From contig DXJO01000010.1 in the NCBI GenBank assembly GCA_019057475.1, positions 1 through 64,000 of the forward strand: 64,000 nucleotides of DNA. Direction: 5' to 3'. Each line of letters starts with the position of its first letter. Within the stretch, counting starts at the first letter, position 1. Origin of the DNA: Candidatus Thorarchaeota archaeon (GTDB taxonomy: Archaea > Asgardarchaeota > Thorarchaeia > Thorarchaeales > Thorarchaeaceae). The notes beneath the pieces were generated by a model, which had not been told where the DNA came from, did not search any database, and saw only the letters and a program-made list of their open reading frames with translations. Below, one piece after another: positions 48,983 to 58,310 of the stretch. The translations under genes were made by a program, and so were the position numbers.

Positions 48983-49112
48983 TTTGTTCCCTTTTTTGTT
49001 TCACAATGTTCTATGGCTTGTATACTAGAAACGCAGCTACTACGATTGAAGCCAAGAATAGCATCACAAAAAGGACAGACAAAATCTTTCTCTTTAGAGC
49101 GTATCTCAATAC

Positions 49113-50075
49113 CTACTCCTCCGTTTCACCTATGAGAATTTTCCCTAGCTTTTCTAGACCCTCAATCCCTCTTATTTCCCCCTCAAAGAGCGGAACCACC
49201 GTCAGGCTCAGGTCAGAGTACAGGTCTCTGATATCCTTGAGGTTTGTCTGCTGCATTTGCCGTCGTGTAGCGCAAAACTTGCACGTTGGATTTGGTGGCA
49301 CAAGATGATTCACCACAATACTACTGACAGGTATTTTCCATTTGTCCAAGCTATGCATAAGCCGTTGGGTTTCAAAGACGGCCATCGCTTCAGGTATTAG
49401 GACTACCACAAACTGCGTCAGCTCAGGGTCGGACAGCTGGATTCGTGCAGATCGTATCTTGTCCTTCATCATCTGCATCATCTGCCAAGAATTATCTTCT
49501 TGTTCAGCTCCTCCGAACATACCCTTGAGACCCGCAATCATTGAGCTCATTCTTTCTCGCATTGTAAGTAGCTTTCCCATCCAGCTGTCAAGAAGGTCTG
49601 GCAGCTCTAGCAGCTTCAGAGTATGCCCGGTGGGGGCAGTGTCGAATATGACCCGGTCGTAGGAACTGTCTTCCAGGTATTCTAGCATCTTCCCAAAAGC
49701 CATAGCTTCGTCAGAGCCAGGCGGAGACATTCCACCCATATCACCCATTAACTGTGCGGCCATGGCTCCTTCGGATCCCATCGCGCCTGATCCCATTGCA
49801 TTCTGGAATTCAGCCATTCCCTTCTCGGTGTTGATCTCCAGTCCCCAGAGATTACCCACACCTTCTATTGACACTTCATTGCCGCCACTCAGGTTCTGAT
49901 CAAAACTATCACTAAGACTGTGGGCTGGGTCGGTTGAGAGAACTAGAGTTCTGTAGCCGTGCTTGGCTGATAGAATCGCCATTGCACCGGCGCAGCTGGT
50001 CTTTCCAACGCCACCCTTCCCGCCAGAGAGTATGAACTTGATATTACCGTTGTAGACTATATCCTTGATACCCAT
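49113..50075 (-). CDS. ArsA/Get3 (TRC40)-family ATPase
   Basis: GGKGGVGKTS, STDPAHSLSD, PGSDEA, FDTAPTGHTL, Met-rich insert, CKFC. Confidence 0.92.
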   Translation of the reverse strand: MGIKDIVYNGNIKFILSGGKGGVGKTSCAGAMAILSAKHGYRTLVLSTDPAHSLSDSFDQNLSGGNEVSIEGVGNLWGLEINTEKGMAEFQNAMGSGAMGSEGAMAAQLMGDMGGMSPPGSDEAMAFGKMLEYLEDSSYDRVIFDTAPTGHTLKLLELPDLLDSWMGKLLTMRERMSSMIAGLKGMFGGAEQEDNSWQMMQMMKDKIRSARIQLSDPELTQFVVVLIPEAMAVFETQRLMHSLDKWKIPVSSIVVNHLVPPNPTCKFCATRRQMQQTNLKDIRDLYSDLSLTVVPLFEGEIRGIEGLEKLGKILIGETEE

Positions 50076-50322
50076 GGACTTCGACTCGTGATGTTTCGCA
50101 CCACGATACATAATGAGGCTTTTGGAATGAGCTCCGTATTAATGCAGTAACAGGTTTAAGCGGAAATATGTTGGCTCACTCACACTGATACGATAACTCT
50201 ATCAATGATGTCACTGGAGCACACTGGAGGTTCTCACAATCTCGTTTCCACAAGTTCGAACCACTGCTGAACAATTCCCATCCACGATTCTGCGGCTACT
50301 TCGTCTTGAGGTTCCTCCAGGC

Positions 50323-50973
50323 ATGCCCCCCGCTAATGAGGAGATTGTGAAACTATTCAACCCGAAATCTATCGTCATGGTGATGATTGACAACTTCGGT
50401 CTGTTCGAGGCGGTTGTCTACAAACCCGAAGCACTAATCAAGAACTTGGAGGTACTCGCACTTATTGAAACAGACGACCCCTATGCAGTATCACTAATCA
50501 ACTCAATACTCCGTGGGCCCCTCGACCAGCAGTTCCACCTGATGCAATATGTGAAGAGTCATGGCAAGTTTACGCATGTTATCTGCCGCGAAGACGACAT
50601 GAGCGCTTTTGGTTTTGATTCCGCTTACGCCGTGAACCCGCGTGACGACATGGCAACCTATGTCGAGTCGACAAAAAAGGTCTTCCGCAGCGAATTACTA
50701 TTCATGCACTTCTTGGACTTTGAGAGCCTCTATGCCCAGTATGGGCATCGAACGCCCCCGAAGACACTACTCGAGAAGATAGTTCGACGCACAGACAACT
50801 GGATCAAGGTCCTGTATCGTCAAGCAAGGGAGGACACGCTGTTCATGATAATAGGCAATCACGGACGTAATCCGATTCCTCTGAACTATGAGGGCAAGCT
50901 TGCAGAATGGAGAAAGGCAAATTCTCCAATTGCAATCGTACTGCAGAAGCGTGCGAACAAACTAGCTGAATAG
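50323..50973 (+). CDS. Alkaline-phosphatase-superfamily-like hypothetical protein (true start may be upstream)
   Basis: VMVMIDNFG, FMHFLDFE, FMIIGNHG resemble degenerate AP-core motifs. Confidence 0.6.
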   Translation: MPPANEEIVKLFNPKSIVMVMIDNFGLFEAVVYKPEALIKNLEVLALIETDDPYAVSLINSILRGPLDQQFHLMQYVKSHGKFTHVICREDDMSAFGFDSAYAVNPRDDMATYVESTKKVFRSELLFMHFLDFESLYAQYGHRTPPKTLLEKIVRRTDNWIKVLYRQAREDTLFMIIGNHGRNPIPLNYEGKLAEWRKANSPIAIVLQKRANKLAE

Positions 50974-51753
50974 CGTTGGAATCCCGAATAGAATCGCGAC
51001 TACGCCCAGAACCAAACAGAGCACCCAAAATCTGACTCGCCCCGCAAGGCGTAGAAGAAACTCCATCGATAGAAGCCCGGTCACAAACACAATCACTTCA
51101 ATCAGAAACAGGTCTATGATACTCACAGGCAATGACGATCCGCCTATCAATACGTCCAGTACGAAGATACCCACAACAGCAGGGACGCTCATAAGGAAAC
51201 TGAACTTCATCGCTGCTTCCTTGTCAACACGCTGCATGAGCAGGGATGAAACAGTCACTCCTGACCTACTCAGTCCGGGCAGTACTGCAAGACCTTGGAG
51301 CAATCCCGAAATCAACGCTTCCTTGTCATCGATTTCGCGGCCTACTTCTTCCGATGCGCTATCTCTTCTGGTAGGCATGTACAGGACAATTGCTGTGACC
51401 ACTAGAAGGACGCCAATCACAATATTCAGCATTTCACCATTGATTGTGGAGAAACTGCTCTTGAGCACAAAGTACAATGGAACCGCAGTCATCGCTGTGC
51501 CCACCGTGGCGATGAGAAGGCGTCTGAACATCAGCTTGTCTTTCATAGTCAGCAATCCCACGATATCTCGCGGATAGCGAGCAATCACTGCCAAAGTAGT
51601 TCCGATGTGCAACCAAATCACAAGTGTGAGGAGGCTTTCGCTTGGTACCGCGCCCATGCTGTAGACAAAGAGCACTGCCTGCCCCTCGCTGCTGATTGGC
51701 AGCCACTCCACAAGACCTTGAATCAGAGCTACTACTACTTGCCACAGTTCCAT
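50962..51753 (-). CDS. uppP: Undecaprenyl-diphosphate phosphatase (BacA/UppP family)
   Basis: QGLVEWLPISSEGQ, HIGT, QGLAVLPGLSRSG.T, FSFLMSVP. Confidence 0.92.
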   Translation of the reverse strand: MELWQVVVALIQGLVEWLPISSEGQAVLFVYSMGAVPSESLLTLVIWLHIGTTLAVIARYPRDIVGLLTMKDKLMFRRLLIATVGTAMTAVPLYFVLKSSFSTINGEMLNIVIGVLLVVTAIVLYMPTRRDSASEEVGREIDDKEALISGLLQGLAVLPGLSRSGVTVSSLLMQRVDKEAAMKFSFLMSVPAVVGIFVLDVLIGGSSLPVSIIDLFLIEVIVFVTGLLSMEFLLRLAGRVRFWVLCLVLGVVAILFGIPTLFS

Positions 51754-51838
51754 TTGATGGCCTTCTCACTGCCCCGGAAGTACCGAAGATTTAAAAGCTC
51801 GCCTCAATGGCACTGCTTCTTGGAGCGTAGTACACAAG

Positions 51839-52501
51839 ATGGTTCTCGATAATGGAAGGTTCCTGACACAAGAACTGGCAAACGTTACCCAGATGCTAGA
51901 GGAACACTTCCGTGTGGTATTATCAGCAAACAAGATAGCTGCAAACATACTCACTGATTGGCTTGATGAACACAAGACGGTGAGCAAAAAGGACTTGGCC
52001 AAGGTAACCTCTCTGGAAGAGAAGGGCGATGAACTCAAGCGTATCTTGATGAAGAAACTTGCTGATGCAAACTCTCTGATGCAGCGAGAGGACCTACTAC
52101 GTCTCGTGCATTACAACGATAAGCTTGTGGACGGGGCTGAAATTGCCTGCTATCATCTCGCCGCCGTTATGGACAGCTGGGTTCCTAAAGGCGTACTGAA
52201 GAGGAAGTTGCACGAACTTGGCGGCCTAGTATTGTCGATAGTTACTGAGCAGAGGGAGGCAGTCAGATTCCTCTCGATCAACATGGAAACCTCCATGAAG
52301 AAAGCGGACGAGATTTGCAGGATTGAAAAACAGATTGACATCCTACAACGAGACATACTTCAACCACTCTACACGTCCGAAATCGGTCTGGCAAAGATTC
52401 TCCGACTGAGAGACTTTGTGAATGTGATGGAGGAGATTGCTAACCTCAGCGAAGATGCGGCAATCACAATCCGTTCGTTGTCACTAAATCTGCATACATA
52501 G
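51839..52501 (+). CDS. DUF47 / PhoU-like helical protein
   Basis: LEEKGDELKR, REDLLRL..D, IEKQID, EEIANLSEDAA. Confidence 0.85.
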   Translation: MVLDNGRFLTQELANVTQMLEEHFRVVLSANKIAANILTDWLDEHKTVSKKDLAKVTSLEEKGDELKRILMKKLADANSLMQREDLLRLVHYNDKLVDGAEIACYHLAAVMDSWVPKGVLKRKLHELGGLVLSIVTEQREAVRFLSINMETSMKKADEICRIEKQIDILQRDILQPLYTSEIGLAKILRLRDFVNVMEEIANLSEDAAITIRSLSLNLHT

Positions 52502-52509
52502 TCTGGCCG

Positions 52510-53085
52510 GTGCCTTGTTTGTCTAAGAAGATCGATGAGGTTGCTGTGGCTGACTTAGTCGGCGACAGGGCCATTGTTTGGGATTCCAAGCATGGAATGC
52601 AACTGTATGGTAATGGCTATTTCGGGCAACCAGTAGGAATAAGGAAGCCAAAGAGTGCGGAGTTTGAAACACCCCTCGAGCTGTCACTTCTAGAAGCGGC
52701 ATACCTGACTAAAATCGGTATTCTTAGGGTCAATGTCGCAACCAAGAAGCGACCACTGACGACGGATGAGATTGTTGAAATTGGCAGTACCTTTGCTAAC
52801 GATTTTCTTGATCGTTTCTTGGTGTACTCTCACCTTCGTGAACAGGGCTATATCATACGCCCCGGTTTGAAGTTTGGTACTGATTTCGCTGTCTATAGGA
52901 AAGGTCCTGGGAAGGATCACGCCCCCTTCATGGTTCACGTAATTTCGAGCAGCAAAGGATTGATCCCTCTTGATATTGTCAGAGCAGGACGTCTGGCGAC
53001 AAGCGTCAAGAAGAAATTCATAATCGCAACAATCAAAGAGAATGCAACAATCGCCTACTACTCCTTCGTTTGGCACCGTCCGTGA
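52510..53085 (+). CDS. endA: tRNA-intron endonuclease, catalytic subunit
   Basis: LSLLEAAYL, VYSHLRE.GY, GLKFGTDFAVY..GPG.DHA, RLATSVKK (Y/H/K triad). Confidence 0.95.
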   Translation: MPCLSKKIDEVAVADLVGDRAIVWDSKHGMQLYGNGYFGQPVGIRKPKSAEFETPLELSLLEAAYLTKIGILRVNVATKKRPLTTDEIVEIGSTFANDFLDRFLVYSHLREQGYIIRPGLKFGTDFAVYRKGPGKDHAPFMVHVISSSKGLIPLDIVRAGRLATSVKKKFIIATIKENATIAYYSFVWHRP

Positions 53086-53199
53086 GCAAGCTGGAGCACT
53101 CGTGCCCAACCCTCGCTCCTCATACCTTCCCGTCCAAATGAGGAACACAAATAAGCACTGTCTGACACAATCTCATCTGACCCGCGAGGGAGAATCCTG

Positions 53200-53517
53200 A
53201 TGGCAGACAAAGCTGAAAACGCGAAAGCCTTTGGCTTGCTTTTAGCTCAGGCGTGGGAGAATATACCCTCCTTCATCTGCAGCAACGATGATTACATGTA
53301 TGTATTGTATCCCGTTGACGACACCATGGAGAAGTGGATTGAGGCGTCGATTACTTTTCCCGATGGCACTTTTGATCAACAAGAAATACCTCCAATTAGG
53401 GCTATCGCCCTTCTAGTCGAGGAGCTCAAGGTGTTGTCCAGCTACGGTGTTGAGTCATTGGTTTCATCAAAGGGCAAACTTGACGCGGCAGCAGGACGAC
53501 TAGGAACCCTCACATGA
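53200..53517 (+). CDS. Hypothetical protein
   Basis: 105-aa ORF with a purine-rich RBS-like upstream sequence; no family recognised. Confidence 0.7.
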   Translation: MADKAENAKAFGLLLAQAWENIPSFICSNDDYMYVLYPVDDTMEKWIEASITFPDGTFDQQEIPPIRAIALLVEELKVLSSYGVESLVSSKGKLDAAAGRLGTLT

Positions 53518-53590
53518 CATAGAGGTTTCTGCATCCGAACTGGGCTCTATGCTCTTGGTCCCAATTTCTGAACAAGGACGGTCAAGTCAA

Positions 53591-54379
53591 ATGTCAGACA
53601 CACTTGTTGTATGTTCTTCTTGCGGGGAAGAAGTGCCTGAAGGCAGGTTCTGCAAATCATGTGGCAGGCCACTTCATGAACATTCAGATTTGATTGATTT
53701 CGATGATGAAAAAGACGCTCCTCCTTTGATTGTTCCCATCTCCGATGAGCCTCTTAGGCTGCCTGAGTTTGGTGTTATAGTCAAGGGGATGGATGAGAAA
53801 GCATTGTGCAGTCTTCTGGCTCGGACTGAGATTTCCGTATTGGATATCGAGTTGGATAACCTAATAGAGGAGGTTCAGGCGACAAGACAAGCGTTACGTC
53901 TGGAACATGCAGACAAGGGCGCCCTCGCAGCCAGAGCGGAACACTTGCGCGAAACCCTAGAGAGAGCGAAGAAGCGCAGGAATGCGTTATTGGAAGTCAG
54001 GTGGAATCTGAAGATTGAGCAGATCATTGAGGAACTAGACAGTCTAGAGTCCAAAATATCAAAGCTCAAAGGGATGCGGTCTTCTGTGGACAAGGAAGTC
54101 TACCAAGAGCAGGGCGAACGCATCACCAAGAAGATCAAGGTTTTAAAGAAGGAGTTCGGTCCCGCAAAAAAAGAAGCACGTGGTTGGTTCAAGCGAATGA
54201 CAAAGGCGCAGAAGGAACTCCTGCGTGAGGGCAATCGGCTGGATGCGAAGCATAAGATTGGGGACCTCTCTGATCGTATCTACAGAGAATCCAGGTCAAA
54301 GGTTGATAGATCCCTTGTGATTCTTGAGGGTGGTTTAGAGATACTGGACGGAATAATGAAAACTGCCGAGAAAATGTAA
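53591..54379 (+). CDS. Zinc-ribbon plus long coiled-coil protein
   Basis: CSSCGEEVPEGRFCKSCG followed by heptad-rich helices. Confidence 0.7.
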   Translation: MSDTLVVCSSCGEEVPEGRFCKSCGRPLHEHSDLIDFDDEKDAPPLIVPISDEPLRLPEFGVIVKGMDEKALCSLLARTEISVLDIELDNLIEEVQATRQALRLEHADKGALAARAEHLRETLERAKKRRNALLEVRWNLKIEQIIEELDSLESKISKLKGMRSSVDKEVYQEQGERITKKIKVLKKEFGPAKKEARGWFKRMTKAQKELLREGNRLDAKHKIGDLSDRIYRESRSKVDRSLVILEGGLEILDGIMKTAEKM

Positions 54380-54383
54380 TTGG

Positions 54384-54719
54384 GTGATTCATATGACACA
54401 AGCAATTCTTCCGGATTGCACACCTTACTGCAAGAGTTTTAGATGCGGCCGGGACCCCCCAGCGATAGAGATATCGGTGAAGGAGGGCCGCAAGGTAGTG
54501 TGGTGTACATGGGTAAACGATGACTGTGATGGACCTTGGTGCAAGTTTGGCGCATGTGCAGAACGTAAGATGACGAGTAGTGGCAAGTGTAGCCGGGTGA
54601 AGAAGGAAGCCGCCAAAGCGAAGCCTGGCCATTTTGAAACGCCGGTGGATCCCGAGAGGGTACTAGACGAGAAATCTTACAAGCTCTTCAAGAAGACGCG
54701 CGGCACGGGTAATACATAA
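54384..54719 (+). CDS. Small Cys-rich hypothetical protein
   Basis: CTPYCKSFRC..WCTWVNDDCDGPWCKFGAC..GKC. Confidence 0.7.
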   Translation: MIHMTQAILPDCTPYCKSFRCGRDPPAIEISVKEGRKVVWCTWVNDDCDGPWCKFGACAERKMTSSGKCSRVKKEAAKAKPGHFETPVDPERVLDEKSYKLFKKTRGTGNT

Positions 54720-54797
54720 CACCCATCCCATAGGTCTGCCCCACAATGTCTATAAGTGACACGAGAAGGTCAGCACTGTCAGGCACGGTGTACAGAA

Positions 54798-54923
54798 ATG
54801 TTTGAAGAAATCAGACCCGAGATGAGAGCGCTGATCTACTTCATGATTGGGATGTCGCTCTTAGGAATCGGAATTCTTTTGGAACAAGCTGCTTTTGCAC
54901 TAGGCTTCTTGGGTCCACCTTAG
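54798..54923 (+). CDS. Small (41 aa) single-pass membrane protein
   Basis: Translated by hand: MFEEIRPEMRALIYFMIGMSLLGIGILLEQAAFALGFLGPP; TATA-like TATAAG upstream; fills the intergenic gap. Confidence 0.55.
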   Translation: MFEEIRPEMRALIYFMIGMSLLGIGILLEQAAFALGFLGPP

Positions 54924-54947
54924 TTACCACCCAGGCGACCAGTAGAG

Positions 54948-55940
54948 TTGTTTTCATTGATGAATCTTGAAGAACTCGTTCGCTTCCTACTTAACTTCGA
55001 AGGGATATCACGGAAGTTCGTCCTCCCCAGTATCATTAACAAGCTCAGGCGGGACTCGTATGGCGGCGACATCTCTCACTCTCTGGGCGAGGATTCCGCT
55101 GCCATTGGGACCGACTGCGATGACTTTATTCTTCTAACAACAGATGCAATCGTTGAGGATCTCTGCATAAACAACCCTCATGCGGCTGGGTTCAACGTTG
55201 TGTTGGCAAATGTCATGGACATATACGCAGCAGGTGGGATCCCTAACTCCTTTGCTGTCGCACTCTCATACTCTGATTCTCACATTGGTGAAATGATGCT
55301 CCAAGGCTTGATAGATGCCTCACACTCATTCAGAGTCCCGATAGTAAGAGGGCATACGAATCCTGCTTCAACGTCAACCTATGTGGTTGGGTCCTCTACT
55401 GGGAGCGTTCTGAAGGAGGAACTGCTCACGGCAGGAGGTGCACTTCCTGGCGATTCGCTTATCCTCCTCTTTGACAAGGTCGGCAATAGAGGGCGTGCAT
55501 ATGAATTGGGTTGGGACTCGGTTACCGGTTGTGAGTCTTCAGTTATTGTAGAGCGACTATCTGTGATGAATGATTTAGCTCATAAACAGCTTCTCAACGC
55601 GTCGAAGGATGTTTCCGTCGCTGGGCTTGTCGGAACTGCCGGTATGCTTGTCGAATATTCCGGAATGGGTGGAGTGATTGACATTGATGCAGTAGAAACC
55701 TCGCGACCTAAGTCAATTCCGCTCACTGACTGGTTGCGGATGTACATCTCACTTGGCTTTCTTGTATCAGTTTCACATGCCAACATCAGTGCTGTGAGGA
55801 AAGTCGCAGAAGATCACGGGATGACGATGACTGAGGTTGGCGTGGTTGATAACTCAACATCTTTGAGATTGAGAAGAGGTTCGGAGGAAGTGATTATGTT
55901 CGACTTCTCAAAGGGACCGATTCTTACGCCTCGTGGTTAG
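54948..55940 (+). CDS. AIR-synthase (PurM/ThiL/HypE/SelD superfamily) related protein, methanogenesis-marker-2/sll0787-like
   Basis: FEGISRK, GEDSAAI, TTDAI, ANVMDIYAAGG.P, GHT, KDVS.AGL.GT. Confidence 0.8.
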   Translation: MFSLMNLEELVRFLLNFEGISRKFVLPSIINKLRRDSYGGDISHSLGEDSAAIGTDCDDFILLTTDAIVEDLCINNPHAAGFNVVLANVMDIYAAGGIPNSFAVALSYSDSHIGEMMLQGLIDASHSFRVPIVRGHTNPASTSTYVVGSSTGSVLKEELLTAGGALPGDSLILLFDKVGNRGRAYELGWDSVTGCESSVIVERLSVMNDLAHKQLLNASKDVSVAGLVGTAGMLVEYSGMGGVIDIDAVETSRPKSIPLTDWLRMYISLGFLVSVSHANISAVRKVAEDHGMTMTEVGVVDNSTSLRLRRGSEEVIMFDFSKGPILTPRG

Positions 55941-55998
55941 CGTGTTGACTACGTTGCCGTCATAGTTATAATGGTGCCAGACTGGTTCATCAATTGAA

Positions 55999-56229
55999 GT
56001 GACAGCCTTGGATAAATCGGGTAAGAAGACCTGCAGCATAGTGGGATGCAATAAGGATTCAAAGAGGGCATTCGCTACTACTCGGATTGCTGAGAGCGTC
56101 GCGAGCACGGGTCTAAAAGTGAAAGACACGCGGTCCCGGAAGACTTACCTGTGTCAGGACCACTGGAAGATAGTAAAGAAGGCTTTCAAGAAGGATACCA
56201 AGGCTGAACGCATGCGTTGGGGGCATTAA
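55999..56229 (+). CDS. Small putative zinc-binding protein
   Basis: CSIVGC...YLCQDHWK..KK. Confidence 0.7.
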   Translation: MTALDKSGKKTCSIVGCNKDSKRAFATTRIAESVASTGLKVKDTRSRKTYLCQDHWKIVKKAFKKDTKAERMRWGH

Positions 56230-56285
56230 AGCAAATAGACCCCTCTCGATTTCGCTACACCCTTGGGAACTCTTGAGATGGGAGG

Positions 56286-56642
56286 ATGGGCCGGGTGGAC
56301 AAAGATGCTGGCAGGGTTGAGAACCTAAAGCCAAATTACAAGCTGTGGCTTGAACAGGATGGCCAGTATGTGTTTGGACTGGGCGCCTATAACATTTTGA
56401 AGAGCATCCACGAAGCGGGAACCATCACTGAGGGGGCCAAGGCTTTGAGTATGTCTTATCGATATGCTTGGGGTGTGATCAAGAAAATCGAAATCACACT
56501 TGGTGTCAAATTGCTTGAAACTTACAAGGGGGGCAACGTTGGCGGTGGGGGCGCTAGAGTCACCGAACATGGGTTGAAGCTCATGAAGATGTTCGATGGT
56601 GCTAGGACTGCTGTAGACAAAGCATTCAGGAAAAGCCCCTAG
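56286..56642 (+). CDS. ModE-like winged-helix transcriptional regulator
   Basis: KLWLE..FGLG..IL..I.EAGTI..GAKALSMSYRYAW..GG..GGGA.VT. Confidence 0.85.
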   Translation: MGRVDKDAGRVENLKPNYKLWLEQDGQYVFGLGAYNILKSIHEAGTITEGAKALSMSYRYAWGVIKKIEITLGVKLLETYKGGNVGGGGARVTEHGLKLMKMFDGARTAVDKAFRKSP

Positions 56643-56648
56643 GAATAT

Positions 56649-57716
56649 CTACGCGAATCTGAACACGATGGCATTGTTCGGACAGTGGCTCTTGCACTCA
56701 AGACACATTATGCAGTCTGCAGAATGCATGTGCTGATATGGGAATTTCCGTATTCGGATATTCATCGGGCAAACAACTTCACACACATTGCAAGTGTCCG
56801 GTGTGCATAACGCAGGATTCCTACCGATTCCTATCAATGCGTCTCGCGAGAATATACCATAGAACCAACCTGCCGGGCAGAGCCATCTGCAGAACCATCT
56901 TGGGAACCAGATTGCCACAATCGCGACAAGAACTGCGAATATGAGTTGCAACCAGAACACAAGACCCCAAGTCTGTAGAATCCACAAGCTGTCAAATCCT
57001 GTAGGCCATATCTGCTCCGAAGCAAGTACAAAGATAATGTATGCGGGGTTAAAGGGATCAAAGGGCGCAATGGCAAGAGGACCCAGTAATTCAACGAGAG
57101 CATCTGCTGTGCCCAACGCACGACTTATGCCCACCCACAAAGCCAGAAACACCACAAAGAAGAAGACATACGCCTTCAACTTGCGCAGTTCGCTTTCTGT
57201 TCCAGGAGCGGGACGAATCTTGCTTCTGTTTGGAAGGGTAGCAAAATCTTGGATTGTACCAATGGGACAAATCCATCCGCATGCAGACCTGCCCAGAATC
57301 ACTAGGATAATGAGCATCGCACCCAGCGTGAAGAATGGAAATGATGCACTAGTGAACTCCCTTAGCATTGTGTCGAAGGATCCAGCCATCACAGCAAAAG
57401 GCGCCTCCAAGGGCGCGATGATTGGCAATGTTGGAAGGTACTCCGCCACGGAAGTCCAAAAGTCGGTAAGCCAGTCTAGACCCCACCAAGCGGCGAAGAT
57501 GTAGCCATTGATGGCAACAAAGAACAGTATCTGAACTACTCGGCGTAGCATTCTCACATTGAATATCAGTCCAAGCGGATTCGACAGAGTTGACCTTTTG
57601 AATCTCGAAGGCGCTTCGCTCTTCTCTTCTTTAGTAGCGATGTCTTCTGGTTCGGCCTCTTCTTCTACTTCATTTGCGTCTTCAGGCCTTTTGACATCCT
57701 CTGCCATAGAATTCAA
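56649..57716 (-). CDS. Membrane-bound 4Fe-4S protein (NapH/MauN/FixG-like)
   Basis: GRSACGWICPIG.IQD, RWFCRWLCPAG, CNVCEVVCP, CIMCLECKSHCP; several TMs. Confidence 0.85.
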   Translation of the reverse strand: MNSMAEDVKRPEDANEVEEEAEPEDIATKEEKSEAPSRFKRSTLSNPLGLIFNVRMLRRVVQILFFVAINGYIFAAWWGLDWLTDFWTSVAEYLPTLPIIAPLEAPFAVMAGSFDTMLREFTSASFPFFTLGAMLIILVILGRSACGWICPIGTIQDFATLPNRSKIRPAPGTESELRKLKAYVFFFVVFLALWVGISRALGTADALVELLGPLAIAPFDPFNPAYIIFVLASEQIWPTGFDSLWILQTWGLVFWLQLIFAVLVAIVAIWFPRWFCRWLCPAGWFYGIFSRDALIGIGRNPALCTPDTCNVCEVVCPMNIRIRKFPYQHMHSADCIMCLECKSHCPNNAIVFRFA

Positions 57717-57806
57717 TCCTTGCCCTTGGCGTCGTGGCCGCGAAGACCTTGACCAACATTAAAAACGTTGCGTTGAGCCGGGGGCCTTCATTCGGTGAGG
57801 TGGCTC

Positions 57807-58211
57807 CTACAACTCGGTAAAAATCAACTCGATGATGCCTGCAACCATTGCAATGTGCATCAGATGTGGTCCTGATCTACTGGGAGATTGCAAGGAGATT
57901 GGATGGCTGTAGCCCTCTTCCCACGTAGTAATCAGTCCCCCTGAGCTTTGAAATGATACAGTGAGAGTTGACCCCTCTGCAGAAACAGTCACACCGGTGG
58001 GGATATTGATCTCAATGATAGTGTTGTTTGCTCCCGTGTCCACAAGCTGGGTCTCGTTATGAACTCGTTCTGAGAAATTCTGTGCTAACTCGAGCTGGGT
58101 GGCGTTTCCCAACGTGTCGACTGCGAACAGCAGAATCGGGATTCCAACAAGCACAACTGTCGTGAGGCCGATGGCAATCAACATCAGCTTCTCTAGAGAC
58201 CGTGACACCAT
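57807..58211 (-). CDS. Hypothetical protein with N-terminal TM, archaeal pilin-like
   Basis: SLEKLMLIAIGLTTVVLV resembles a class III signal/pilin N-terminus; beta-rich C-terminus. Confidence 0.5.
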   Translation of the reverse strand: MVSRSLEKLMLIAIGLTTVVLVGIPILLFAVDTLGNATQLELAQNFSERVHNETQLVDTGANNTIIEINIPTGVTVSAEGSTLTVSFQSSGGLITTWEEGYSHPISLQSPSRSGPHLMHIAMVAGIIELIFTEL

Positions 58212-58310
58212 AACTAGTTGTTATGCGGGCCTCCCAATAAACTGCTCTAAGCTGAATAGTCATGACCAAGGTTTTAACACCGCTCACGCACATTGCTTGG
58301 ATGAATAGAA

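Noticed and set aside
54948-55940. AIR-synthase-like gene as selD
   Set aside because: It lacks the N-terminal G(C/U)xxK catalytic motif of SelD and better fits the marker-2/sll0787-like family.
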